64,000 bases of DNA from assembly GCA_040954595.2 (NCBI GenBank), contig CM082576.2:668648-732647 (forward strand), written 5' to 3'. Position numbers and translations under genes: made by a program. This DNA comes from Balanoglossus misakiensis. Its lineage: Eukaryota > Animalia > Hemichordata. This document shows positions 1 through 14,122 of this stretch, one piece after another (position 1 is the first letter of the stretch; each line of letters begins with the position of its first letter). The notes beneath the pieces are model-generated. The model made no database searches and had not been told where the DNA came from. It saw only the letters and a program-made list of their open reading frames with translations.

Positions 1-399
1 CAGGAAAATATTAAAATAGGCAACACATTTATTTATTACTGCCACCAAATGGGATGTAAACATTCGGTCTAAGTGCCAGCAGAAGCCGGACTTGCCATAA
101 AGACAAAATAATGACGCTAACACACCAATAGGGGCGCTATTCACTTAATTTGATAAAACTGTACCAACTGCAATACAACAATTAATGCAAGACACTACCT
201 GCATGAAATACTGTCATTTGTCCTTACATAATTATGTACTTCACCGATTTCTTTGTCGTGGAATATATAACACACTGATTATTGTGTGATTTTTCAGTAC
301 TAAACATTACACTACATAATGTTGATTTTGGAACGTGTGTTGGCAGTCTGAATGACAAGAATAAGCCTATGTACGTAGATGTGATAACACATTTATGAA

Positions 400-560
400 T
401 CCACTTTCCATAAATTCCGAAATACAAATGGCACGCATCGAAAGACCATAGGGTACTATACTTAGGCCAAATTGTTCAAAAAATCGCTTCAGAAATGCCC
501 AAGAAAGTGCTGATGATGGGACGGACAGAACTTAATCTATAATCTTCACTGGGACTACAG
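400..560 (-). mobile_element. Decayed HINE/DINE-like relic in the opposite orientation
   Basis: ccaaattgttcaaaaaatcgcttcag ... gatgggacggacagaac ... aatctataatcttcactgggact follows the core / GGAC-microsatellite / GGGAC-end order seen in the reverse complement of 24255-24410. Confidence 0.35.
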
Positions 561-898
561 AGCAATGCATCAGTTCTCATCAATACAAGTATGTTGTTAG
601 TGATGTGGATATCGATAATATTATGTCTGCATGTTTATTGGTATATTCTGCTGAAGGCCGGCTTTCAGATGAAATGACACTTTCACGTTTCACATTTTCC
701 AAATGACATTTATCATGAAAAAGAAGTTCTTTTGCTGGAAATGGTACGCTTTTACTATATACACAGTAGGCCCTAATACCAGAAGTACGCACACACACCC
801 TGATGCAAGTAATAATGGACAATACAGTATTATGTATAGGTAGAGGATACAACAAGCTGGCAATATATAGTAAATATGAAACTCCACTCAAGACTTAC

Positions 899-2371
899 CT
901 CTTTGGTAGGGTGGTCCATCACTGTAGGAACCTCTTTGTGGCCTGGGTCCAAGCAGGGACTGTGGAGGTGCCATGTTGGAATACTGACCAGTTCCGGATA
1001 AGTTGTGTCTGCAGAGCCATTGGTAGATTAGATTACTTTAGAACTGCACAGATTCTCAATGTGAAAATGCACCCAGTATCCATTACGAAGATATACAATG
1101 AGATCACAAACAAGAGCACACAAAAATGAACTATTTCTCATAGAAATATTATATTGAAATTCATGTAAAACTTGAAGACAGATTATTTAAGAAGGCATAC
1201 TAAACCCTCGTGTTAGATGCATGTATTGATATAATGATAAAAAGTCGTTTTTTTTCTTTACAAAAGCTCATATACAAATGAATTTATCAGATATTACAAG
1301 CTTTGAAGTTTCTCAAGAGATGGATGTATGGTACATTCTATCAGTCAACAGAAAATTTCCTTGTACACACAACTTGGTAAATGAAGACATGCACCACAAA
1401 AAGGATAGTGACTGTTAAATCATATTGATGACATTTACAACTCTCAGTTTTGTTACGCATCCAATTTCTTTTTCACCATAAATTGTAGATGCAATAGAAA
1501 ATAGTGGCAAATTTGAACACAAAGTGTTCATATAATTATTGTATGTGAGGTACTAGTAAAAGTTACAATATATTTCCATTCAACCTCATTCTTGATCACA
1601 GAATAGTAAATCACACTGCCAAGCCACACAGAACAGTAATGGATAAGAAATTCTTGTTTTGTAAAGTTCATCAATATTAATTGCATGTTGACCAATAGTT
1701 GTTTGCACAAACCGACAGTATGCAAAAATTAACATTATAAGGAAATGATACAGAAAGAAACACAGCACTAAAAGTACAGAGTAAGATGTGGAGAAGAGTT
1801 GCTATCACCATGAGTGTTAGATTATCATTTTTTTAATCAGTGAATTGTACACACAGGCTGTACATGCTACGCTCCCTACCTGACCATTCTATGTCCACCA
1901 GAATCCAAGCCTCCACGAGGACCTGAGTAACGCTTAAAACCAATTTGTGGACGGTACGATCTATTAGCATTGGCACTGGCCTCCCAATCTCCTGGCTTAA
2001 GCACCGTTGGTGGAAGTCTAAATTTTTCACAACACAAGAAGGATTTAGCAAATAGGAAGGGGTTGGGGATACACTGGTAATCATTGCAGTTTATACCTGT
2101 CTGTCAATGAAGTAAACTTGTTAGAATAAGTGGAAGGGCAGACTACTGCCTCTGAAAGGAAACACATTCATGGTACCACAGTACAGATGCAGCGTGTGAA
2201 TGGGAAAAAAGTCACTTTCATATTTAGCTTTACTTACTTGGCTCCTGGCAGCATTTTGGCCAAGAAGATATGATCATCTGAGAACTCAGGATCTTTGTAT
2301 GCAACACTGCCAAGATAAATAAAAAGTCATGATGTTTAGTACAAAGCATCTATATTTCTGTAATATACTTA

Positions 2372-2453
<82 letters not shown>

Positions 2454-5400
2454 GTTACACGTTTGTTCTCTCACCTCACAGCTTTGGTGTTACGTATGTC
2501 TCTCAGATTTGGCAGCGGTGACTGCTGTGTTCTGTTAAAGATCAAAACACAAACGATCAACAATATTATACTATTATTTTGAAGTATTCTCCTGAAAGTT
2601 CACAATACAACAGTGCACAGTAGTTTGAGGAGTCTTGGAGAAATACATTGTACACTGGTCAGGAAAACATTGTAAATCAATGGCATCTCTTTCACCATTT
2701 TACATAATTATATTCCTGAAAGTGAACAATCAAAACCAATACCATATCTGTCGCAACATATCACAAAACGGAAACAAAAGCTTTTCTTGTTTTTATGGAT
2801 GATTATCAGTCTGAATTAAGATTTAATATCACTAAGTATTATCATTATTGACTTCTGGCACTTATATTGATTCCTGAGTGACATATTTATGACAAAATAA
2901 TACTGTCTGTTACTTACTCGCCAGGAAGACACACAAACTCATCTTTCCACACAGTTCCAGACATTCCCTCAGTCAACTCACTATTCAAGTCTATCGACTG
3001 TGATAAAAATAAACAAGACATCAATATTAAAATAAATAAGCTTTGGTTTTTCATTGGAATCAAGAAATAATGCAAGGTTTACTTTATTTAAGGTACATAT
3101 ATACAGTCACTGATGCAAACTTAACCACTGTTACTATGGAAATTTCAAATATAGCCAATCACAATCGTACCGTCACATTGTCATTTGAACACTTAGGCAC
3201 ACGATTTTGATATGAAAAGGATTGTAGCAGTTATCTCATCACACAGTTGTTTTATCTTAAAATTTCAAACCAAGAAAGATAATAACCGGAGTAAGTACCT
3301 CTTCTACTTCAGACCCTTCATACAATCCATTCATGAAGTCAAATGATGGATGATGTTTCCCAACAAAAAGCCGATCACAGCCTAGACTATTTCTGTGTTC
3401 TGAAAAGATGTTGATGGAGAAAGAGAGAGAATTAGACAAGAAGTTTTACACAGAAATGACAAATTGAACCTGATCAAAACGTACTGTATAGTACAGTGAA
3501 CAAATTCTTTCTTCTGGATTTATTGTTACTAATTTGATTCTCTGGGTTTTTACTTCACAAGTTAGACCAAGAAAATATCAGTTCGGTGGTAATTTTACAT
3601 TTGATTGACAAGATTTATCTACAAGCCAGTTGACAAATGTTTCTACAGTAATATCAAATTTGGCTCTGGTGATGGACCGTCCAATCTTCTGGTCCATCCA
3701 TTGTTTTGAGTTATGCAGAAGTTTCACAGAGAATGTTGAATCATGCAGATTTATCTGCCAGATCCTACTCAACGACAGGCTTGACAGGTTAATTAAGGAC
3801 TTCTACGTACATTTACATGATTTTTTCTCACAAGATTCAAAGCACTGACTTACTTTCTCTCTGCGTCAGATCTGGATAGACGCTCTTCAGAGTTTCAAGA
3901 AGTCTCTTCTCATCCACAAATGGCAGAAGAGCAACGCCTGGATGACAAGAAATTATGCAACTTGATGTCAGTACTACTTACTAATTAAATTATCTACAAA
4001 TGTCATAGAGATACATATTGCCAAATTTTAACTGCCTTCTAACTAACACTTCGATCACTTCACTCTGGCATAAGAATTCTTGACCACATCAGTCAATCTG
4101 TTCTTTGTCCACTACCCTGACCATCAGACACCCCCCCCCCCCCACACACACACACATCCATCCACCTACACTTTAGGGGTACATATACCCCTGAAGAACA
4201 CAATGCATGGTGTGTATACTAACCTTGCCAAGCATACTTCTTTCCATTCAAGTCAATGTGGAAATCATCCGGATAAAAATCTATGATTGGGGAATCCTGG
4301 AAGGAAGGAATAACTGTCAAAATAACTTTCTTTGTATGCCATTTCACAAAGTTTGTACGCTTGTACATACTCTTGATGACTGTACTTATCTGTACTTTCA
4401 AAACTGGATCATACAGTATACTATGTGACCTCTCTAAACATAATTATCTGAGATCCAGTGCTAACTTGACAAGTCTTCAATGCTGGAGAATGTTTTGTTA
4501 CATCAATGACGTATCACATTGACTTTGAGGGGACAGGCCATATATGATATAAAAAGATGCCATATAACTTACAGGGTCCATCATGAGTCGTCTCCATGTC
4601 TCTGGTAAAAACTGTCCACTGGCAGCAGGAAACACACTCATCAGTTGTTCCATTGGTTTGAACTGGGGGAAAGTCAAACACCACATAAAAAAATTGATAA
4701 TGTAGGAACTTGTTGGCTTTCAATATACAAAGTTTCTAGTTTCATTCATTTTATATGCAAACACACCAGTAGACTTTGGGCTCAACCAGATTTCTAACTA
4801 AAACATTAATCACAGCCTAAAACCGACATTAGATTTTCGATGCCCAAGTGCTCATCAAAGAAGATGGGAAGCATGGGAAGCGTTCTTATTCTTTTCCATC
4901 CAAAACTCACCGGCTTTGTGCCTTTGGGGAAGTCATTCGGCAGTTTTCCAATATCAATGAAATCTGAGGCAAAAGGTGCGTAGTGGAAAGGATAGTACCA
5001 ATCCCAAGAGGCACATCCTTGGTAGTAGTATCTAAGAACCCAGCAAAGACCTTCCACATAGGAACTCATCTGGAATAACAATGAAAGAAGCCGTGAATGT
5101 CGATTCCCATTCGTTATCTGACGTCATCCTGTGTACCCGTACCAATGTGATAGCGGCAGGGGCTGGAACAGATCTGATGGTCAATTCAAGTCCAGTCCAG
5201 AGTTTGACCACTGGTGGCATTGGACATTTGAATGAAATTTAAACACAAGATACAACTTACAACTCTGTGGACAAACTCCATGTCATCTGCAGAAACATCA
5301 AATTTGGCTTCATAATATCTGCTTCTCCAGCCATCCTCCCAAAGTCTGAAATGGAAATGTTTTTTCCTTTAATTTAGACACATACATTCCATCAAAATAG

Positions 5401-8400
5401 AAAGAAACTGTTAGCTCTATCAGTACTTTGTTATTAAAGGTTAAGAAAGATAAATGCTTGTGGAAACCCCCAAAACATCCAAACTGATTCACTATTCAAA
5501 AGTGGAGTGACAAAAGTTTTAACCACTTTACTGTGTTTTTTTTTTCTTCCCTGACAATCTATCTCTGTGTCATTCCATCCTAAACCTTAAAGAGAGAGTG
5601 TCATGAAATACTGGATTCATATTGGAAGTGAAGACAACTACCTCCATGAGAACCAGCTTTGCAAAATACCTAATATCATCTTTGGGTTCGTCATCTTCCT
5701 CCTCCTTATTATCATCCTCACGTTTCCTCTTTTGTGACTCTTCTCCATTGGAAAGCATGGCTTTGAGAGCCTGGGCTGCATTCTGCAAAACACAAAAAGC
5801 ACATGGGCAAGGTGAACATGTGAACTAATAAAAATGATGTTAAACAGAGACTTTCCTATGCCATACATCAACAGAGTATTTTAATTAACCAGGCTGGAGT
5901 GAAACACTCACCATATTTGCCAGATCTTGCCCAGGTCTTGATGATGATGACGTTGATGCCATTCTCATCTGATAGGCTTCTTGTCTTGGATTTTGAACAG
6001 CAGATGGGGAACTACCAATGCGCTTTTTGAACAAAGAAAAAGTGAAACTTAATGAAGAGGAATGCAGGTGCAAAATGAATTGTGGTCAGTAGGTTTTTAC
6101 TCTTCCAAACCAGACTGTAAATGAGTCAGTTCACTACCAACACTCAATGAGAACTTCTTCAGCTGATGGAGTACAGTTGAACATGGTCACAAAACTCTTT
6201 GTGCATTCCTCAATGAAAACATTTGTTAATGTTATTCTGCTTACCTGTGGTGCAAACTGGCCAGCAGGAACAAACGAAGGTGCAAAATTCTGTGAAAAAC
6301 AGAATAACTTCAGTATCGAGTTCAAAATGATAATTCTTTATCGACTCTAATTGCAGGTTTTTTTTTTCAATTTCAGCATGACTCAACTCACTAGTAGTTT
6401 ACATGAACAAACCAATGGTAGTGCTCCATTACGTATTCTGACCAAAACTTCTATCAAAATTCACTTCTATTTTGGAGAATTCCAATGTCTTGGCATTACA
6501 TATCAGGCCAATCTCCTCTGCAAAGGCATTCAGCTGAAAATGAAAATAGTTGATAAAAAACTTTGGAAATAAATGTAACAACAAACCCTTTTCATTCTTT
6601 TCTTCCTCTCTCTCTGATTTCTTCTGAAATTGAGATCACTCTCCCTCCTCTTCTTGAAAATCCCATCCTCCATTTCACCAAGATCTGCAACAAGAAAAAA
6701 CACTTTCACTTGTTAGCAATTATAAAGCGTGGTTTCTGCCAATTTGCCTCCACATACAGATTTACACCTGCAACCTGTTTGAGGAATATTTCCTGCAGCA
6801 TTTATCTACTTTCATATGATACATCAACTCTTGTTAATGTAACAGTTCAGTCAACCAGTAAACGTAAAGACGGAGTGGATCAAATTTTATGATTACCTAC
6901 CTGTCATCATTAGTTGCACCCGTTCTAAATTGACCACCCCATTCTTTGTCAAATAACCCTGTAACCAGGACACAATAGATAAATTATGCTTTATGACAGT
7001 CATTGAACATATTTTTGAATATTCACAAGAACAACTGAATTATACAATTGCTTAATCAAATCAGACGACTACATCACTTCTCTAGTTTCAGTGTTGAATA
7101 CATGGGCAACTGACACAAGGTGATAATAATGTTGATGTACATGTGGCTATGGGTCCACACTATCTTATGTCCAAGACACAAAAATTCACAAATAGAACAC
7201 CCACCCCTGTCTTATATACAGCTGTTTTGTACATTCTTATAAGTCTGTCAATTGCTCCTTCTCTGCAATAAGATGCAAATATAGAAATGTCAGAACTGGT
7301 CAATAAAACATTAATGTCAACTGGACCACTAAAATATGTTCAAAGTATGAGTAGAGTTCTGTTACTGCAAACAAAAAGATAACTGAATAACATCCTTATT
7401 TACAAGAAATGCTCGTGTTATACCTTAAGTTAAATTTGGTACTTCTAGCACCATGGGGTATACATCGTGGACTATTAACAGAGATGTGCATGAAAATATG
7501 CCAAATTTTCACTGATAAATCCTTCAATATAATATCCTTCATATTTTGTACATGATTTTCATTTGATTTTGATATAAGTTCACAATACTAATGTGTTGGA
7601 GTCATGTTAACAGTAACACTTGTGAAATTATGAAAAAGAACTAAAAACTGGATTATTTACCTAATTTGTAGCGAAGGCAAATGAGGTAAAAAGTCGTTTC
7701 CCACAAAGAAACACATGAAAACCCAATCATCAATGGCTCTCTATAAACAAAAGAAACAAATGAGTCCACACAGTTAATAAAATGGTGAAACACCCTCAAA
7801 TGAACGCACAGAATTATTGATATTTTGCAGTTGGTTCAAAATAACAAATTATTATTAAATGACAGCCCATCATTGCAATTACTGACACATAACATTGGGA
7901 AATGGAACTCCACTCACCTCGATATCAAAAGGAAAAGGCAGACCTGTCATGAATAACTCTTTCTCCAAGTACTGGGAACCAAAACGAAGAGAACATAATT
8001 CAGCTTAACTGAGCAATGGAACATTATTCTGAATGTATTTACACGTGTGTGTTATAGTTAGTTGTTAGTTTGTGAGTATAACAGCATGTTTGACAAAACT
8101 CGTGTCATTTGAGGAGATGCACTCAAGACGGCAACATCTATTAGCTCAGTTATTGAACTACCTCTTTCGGAGGTGGGGCATTTGGCTGTGAGGGTTAGTG
8201 AGTTAATTGCTTGCTCTGTGAATTGGCAGAAACCCCCCAAAAAGACAAGTTGATTTGATTGGTAAATATAAGTTGGGCTCTCACCTGTCCAGTCCACACC
8301 GGTGCTGGGTCTGTTTATGTTGACTGAACATGGATAAGCCTCAAAAAAACAGGCTGCGTTCGAAAATGTTTATTTGGTCTTTGTTTCAAGAAATACGCCT

Positions 8401-11400
8401 GCCGCTGGTCAAGATTTGCTTAAAGACGTACGTTGTGGTCAGTCGCTGAGATCAGAAATGCTTCAGCAAAAGTCGACAGTGGCTGTTTACGCCGGCCACA
8501 ACAGATCTACGCAATCATGGTCGCGAAAGTCAGATCAGAGCTTGGACCCTTTTTGCGCTCTTTGTCTTTGTGCTCTTTGTCTCCTTGCAGCACCGGCAGG
8601 AACTGTTCTCACGTATTTTTTATTTCGGTGTTGCAAAAAGAACATTGCTGCACTTGCGTTATGTAGCGAGTATAACACATACACAAAACATGCTGACTAT
8701 AGTCAACTGCAAAAGGTCAACTACTGGTGAGTTAATACAGCCTCTTCTAGTGTTAAATGGTTTCCAGCAAAAAGTAGATATAGAGAAATCACAAGATGAT
8801 TTGAGATTGACTAACTGATACCCCAGAAGACATATACAACAAGATCAGCCTTGCACATGTAACTTCTACCCTCAACAACTACACAGCACATACAAGTAGT
8901 TTTACACAAATGTAAAATCCAACCCTTTCTTCCAGGCTTTAGCAACACTGGTTCTATGCCCAGAAGTCAGTTATAGATGCATGAGTAATTCTGTTGTAAA
9001 TTTCCACTTACCTCCCTAAGAACATTCAATCTAAGGAAGATGAATTCTTGCTCTGTTACAAACGGTTGAGCTATCTCATCATTCTGTCAATAAGAATAAC
9101 ATACTTTACTTCCAAAGCTAATAAAAACAACACTCCATAATCTATCTTTCATTATATCATAGCCTTTAATATTGTGGATAGGAATAGGTCTATGAAAACC
9201 ACCAATATACCGGTAATTAATTTTAGAGAGATACATTTACTATGTTGCTATGTGTATTGGTGTGTTATATGTCATATGACAGATGCCATGTTGGGTCAGA
9301 CACTGAAGGATTACATCTGTAACTCATGATGAATTGTTATGTGTTCATGCAAAGTATACTTGTCAAATATTGCTGCTGTAAAACTAAACTGGACACCAAA
9401 GGGAAACATTAGATTCTTTTATATCTTGACTTCTGATAACATTACTTGGCAGTTCTAGTATTAGTTTATTCCTTACCTCTCCTTGTTTTTCTTTCGCTGC
9501 ACCAAGACAATCTTTCATTTCATGGCCTGATGTGATGGAGAAAATAAATATCAAAAATCAGCAAATTTGTATGAATTTGATGATGAATTTGAACTTGACT
9601 GTTTTTGCTGGCTTTCAGTTCTTTGCTGTTGTCTACACCTCTGGATTCTGTGATATGTTTGTCACATCATCATCATCTTTCGCAATCTACCACATTTGTT
9701 CAACACTAACTTCTTCAACCAGTGACCATGCTTTAAAATTCAAAATGCAATTGTGGATGCTACACAGGATCTGTTGCAGGATAGAGGTCCAGACTTACCT
9801 ATTTGATTGCATATCTCACAGGGCCTTGGAGCATTTGGTTTGAATTCCTCTCTGATAATTGTGAAATTTGGTTCATGGGTTGCAAGACCTGGAGTGAAAA
9901 CACATTGCCATTACTATTAACATTGCACTTACTTAGGCAAATACATAATTTGCAGGCCTTTGTGTCAATTTGTTGAATCATATTTTTATCTTATCAAAAT
10001 TATGCATCACTTGAAAGTTCACCTCAACATCTAGACAACAGGGAACAAAACAATTTACACATTTACATGTGTAATTTTAAAAATACTTACCTAACATAAT
10101 AAGATCAGCTACAGATGGAAAGAAAAAAAATCAGTCATTATCATCATATTATTATTGTTATAAAACATGCAAATTAATATTGGCATCCAACATCAGTCAC
10201 TCAGTATTCAGGAACACACACACTTGAAACTATCAGCATTATTGGGACTTTGCACCATTATTTGCATACATATTGTACAGTGTGAACAGAAACAGCACAA
10301 TGGATCTTAAAGTACAAACCTATTATTTTAACACAACAGAGACTTACCATCTGCACCGCACAGGCAATGGTGAGTATTGGGATCATGACCTGGACTTGCT
10401 GAGAATCAAACGAGAAAAAGATGTCAAAACAGGACAAATACATCAACACAAAAGAGAAGTCCAGATTGCACATCTAATGGTCATGCTCTTTATCTCATTT
10501 TTACAGAAAACTCCAAAGTACCTTTACTTTAAACATGTACTTTGTAGTCTAATATAATATTCCTATTCAGATTATCCAGAAGTCTACATATGTACATGTG
10601 TAGACTTATCACCCATAGGTACTCTGCATCAAATCTTTTAGCGAGAGGGATGGGTTAGAATAGGGAGAAGAGTCATTCTCATCAATACCTACCTCTCTGT
10701 CTTCTGATGTAGTCCATGATTTTATGTTCTCCTTCGCCTGGACAGTTGGCATCTGACAAAATAACCTGCAGGGATGATTTAGAAGAAGATAACAGTATAT
10801 ATATTGACATCTAATCTCAATCGATGATATATTCATCATTTATCTCTCTCAAAAATGTAATAACCAGGCTGAAATTTAGCATCATTAAGAAAATCTTTGC
10901 ACTGATGCTAAGTTATGGGTTTGGTACGAAAAGGCCATGACAAACTCTCACAAAGTCACCAGTGGATAGACAACAAATAAAAGGGAAACCAAACATTAGA
11001 GTATACCTTGACATTTTTCCAACCAGGATCATTTGTCAGTCTGTCTGTGACATAATATCTGAGACATTCTGCAAGTCGGAACATAAATTCAGTCCCCTGC
11101 AATCAAATTAATGAAAAGTTTTAACAAGCGACATAGCAGTCGATACAACTCCACTGTTATATTTTGCATTATAAACAAGATAACTGTGTGTTTCAAAATT
11201 AAATATCGCACTTCTATTGAGACTCAGACAAATTTGACAGCAGAGCTAAAAGGCAAATTTGTGATGCCAAAAAAGTAAGTGTCCCGTCCAAAGAGTGAAA
11301 CGCCAAAATTCAAATCATTCACTCATACTTACAGGGGTAATGCAATTGCTGTCAAATCTTTCCTGAGGGCCCTTTTCAGGAGGCAGTGTTCCACCTTTCA

Positions 11401-14122
11401 TCAGAATCTCTTCCCGAATTTTTTCTATTTCAACTGCTTTCTCCCTGTAGAAGTAAACCACAGTTAGGCAAAGATATAGTCACAGTGGATATTGACAACT
11501 TGAGACAAATGCTTAACAATTTCCAGTTGAAGAAATCTGACATACATGTATCGTCCTGTTTACCTTGTTTCCTTTGGTCCCCTAAACCGCCTAGATCGTT
11601 GCTGGTTCATCTTGGCCCTGGGAGCAACTCCATCTATTGCCATATAAAGCAGTTTGCGTGGCCTCACAATGCAAAACAAACGGTCTATATGTTCAAAAAT
11701 GGCTTCCATCATTTCATCTTCATTCTTGGGAGCAGGTCTGTCAAGTAGAAAAGGAAAGTCATTGAATTTTTTTTATCAGGAGATAAATTAATAACAACTT
11801 GTTTTGATATTTCCCAACACTTTGCTACTACATGTGTACCACATCTAGTTTCTCTCAATCTTTCTTGTATTACAAGCTACCATGGGTTTGGCACACTTAA
11901 CTACTGGCAGTTTTGGCTACTGCACATCATGTTGTACTATTTCAACTGATCATTCTCACTGTTCAGAGTTCAAATTTTTTCACCATTTCAACTCTATTCA
12001 TGTTTTAATTTCAAAAATTACTCTTTGCATGACAACAGAAATGAAAACTTCAAGAACTTACTTATTTTCTGGATGACAACATGGATGAATAATACCATTC
12101 ATATCAAGATACAAATTATCAAATTCCACATCGTTTGGATTTGGTTGTGTGGTGTCAATGGGTATCACAACATCATTGATCACTTGTTGCTGAAGAGAGA
12201 CAAAATGCAAATTATATATCAATTATGATAATAAAATATGCCAGTTGACATACATTAATTAAAGGGACAAAGTCTCTCTCTTGCTGCCGTTTTTCATTAA
12301 TTATGTTTGATACATGACACTGTTTATGTTATTCTACATGTTGATATATAGTGACTTAACATTCAACCACACACAACTTCCATCCCACTTGTAGACACAA
12401 GAGTGAAAAAGTTGCCAAAATGAATAATTGGCGAGATTTTTACAAACGGGTGAGAAGTTGTGTGTGGTCGAACGTTGATTCACTTTATATATTCACATGT
12501 AGAATAACATAAACGGTGTCTTGTATCAAACTTAATGAAAAGTATGAGGAACAGAAGTTAGGGTTCTGTTCATCAAATTTTTGAATGTGTGTAAGTGCAA
12601 GTCAGTTATGTGATGTCTGCATGCAACATTTTTTTCCAAAGCAGGCATACAGATAAACCCCTGAAATGTACATTTGAGTTCCTATGATATCCCTTTTAAA
12701 AGATCATGTGTGCTGACATGGGCATTTCTACAGTTACTGAAGCATTAGATCTTTTGTCTGTGCAAGGAACTGTTTATTGGGAATCTGAAACACAGAAAAA
12801 AAAGATCAGCTGCCCCTTTAAATAGTAACATCAGTGTTTTTGTTAATGGCTGTGCCAGGGTAAATGTTACAAGGGTTTCCCAGTGATTTATCATTTTACC
12901 AGGGTTCTCTTGGTATACCAATGTGCAAACTTTACAAAAACACTGAACATCTTTATTGGATCATAAGAATGGGGAAGGTGGAGGGGACAGGGAGCGCCCT
13001 CGAGTGACAGATTTTCCAGTCAAGGATCAAAGATACAATTTTTCATGCTTCAAGAAGAGTGTACAATCAATGGACCCTCTAGGTTAGACCATTATGTTTT
13101 AGGGGTGGTTGCTTTACAAATGTGGTGCCACATTTTCCCAGTTGTACCAGTGTAGCATTCTAGCCAGCCAAAGTTTGGTATAAGAGGAAAATCGCCCCAA
13201 GACATTTAAGCTTTTTGCAAGCCCAAGTCATTTGGGCCCAAGACATAGGACGATTCGGCCCAAGGACCCAGCCCTCACTGAGTCTTTTGCGAAAAGTTTG
13301 AGGGGATATTCAGCATGAATACTTCCCATGTGTCTATTGCACAATATGCAAATTGCAGCATACTTTTCATTCATAAAATCAAAGTGGGGTTTTAACACTT
13401 CGCATCATAAAAATAACTACCAACCAGACTGTCAGATGCAGTCACGTGGACATGAACTTGGGTACATACTGCCTGTCTCGTGCAATCAATATACAAGTTG
13501 ACAACGACAGAGAAAGACGTCGATCTGTCCGTCAAGTCATGCAGCGAATATTGTCACGGCGCTGTCGGATTTTATCGGACTTTATCTGCACAAGCCATAC
13601 GTGTTGTACATAACTCCAATTGGATATGTGTTTATAGGACTGAAACTTCATGTTTTTTCTCCAAAGTGGGACCGAGCCGACTTGAGGTCGTATCGACTAT
13701 CGTACAGAAACCTGACAAGCGGTACTTCCGCTCATTCTCGGCCGCCGAGGTACACACTCCAGACACCGCTACAGCACATGCATGCGTCTTCGTGCCAGAT
13801 GAAATTTTCCGACACACACAAAGCTCAAAAGGTACTTTTAGTTTTCCTTGCCCAGTCAAACTGTCAAGAACAGAAATACCAATGGTAAACAATGTCATTA
13901 TATTTTTCCGCAATTCTAGAGAATGGCTTCAGCTGAAATCTGATGATCAGCTCTGCCATACATTCACACAACCTCTCGTGTACGCGTGTACAACACATGC
14001 AACACACTATTCCCTGTAAACAACATAGCCCTACTTGCTTTACGTACCTTTTGCTCAACACAGTGGACCACTATAGAAGGGTATTTCTTGCTCAGCCATC
14101 GAAAGAATGCTGGGACTCCCAT
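899..14122 (-). CDS. XRN2: 5'-3' exoribonuclease 2 (XRN2/Rat1), multi-exon; 3' end probably continues beyond the left edge
   Basis: Hand-spliced exons, all GT-AG and phase-consistent: 14048-14122, 12062-12189, 11564-11737, 11333-11444, 11007-11096, 10693-10765, 10348-10398, 10091-10108, 9799-9888, 9477-9526, 9012-9083, 7918-7971, 7661-7740, 7205-7262, 6901-6958, 6587-6684, 6245-6289, 5912-6022, 5670-5782, 5261-5345, 4911-5069, 4573-4662, 4224-4296, 3854-3937, 3299-3399, 2918-2997, 2475-2531, 2238-2306, 1880-2017, 899-1008. The translation gives XRN hallmarks [114 protein letters not shown] and [12 protein letters not shown], plus an XRN2-type zinc knuckle [14 protein letters not shown]. No stop codon was reached in the window. 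Confidence 0.97.
2373..2453 (+). repeat. (ATG)27 trinucleotide microsatellite in an XRN2 intron
   Basis: Perfect ATG/GAT run seen directly. It explains the poly-Met and poly-His ORFs. Confidence 0.98.
12259..12541. mobile_element. Foldback/MITE-like element with ~100 bp imperfect inverted arms in XRN2 intron 1
   Basis: 12292-12393 (tttcattaa..gtttgatacatgacactgtttatgttattctacatg..ccacacacaacttc) is the approximate reverse complement of 12441-12540. It is preceded by TTAA-AGGGACA at 12259, a Kolobok-like terminus. Confidence 0.75.

Noticed and set aside
2286-2582. Poly-His and poly-Met ORFs
   Set aside because: They are translations of an intronic (ATG)n microsatellite.
3671-3698. Hairpin GATGGACC-N12-GGTCCATC
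   Set aside because: An 8 bp stem is expected by chance in a window of this size, and there are no supporting features.
13480-14019. 179 aa ORF antisense within XRN2 intron 1
   Set aside because: Non-ATG start and no recognisable domain. It lies in GC/CpG-richer promoter-proximal or repeat-derived DNA where chance ORFs are longer.
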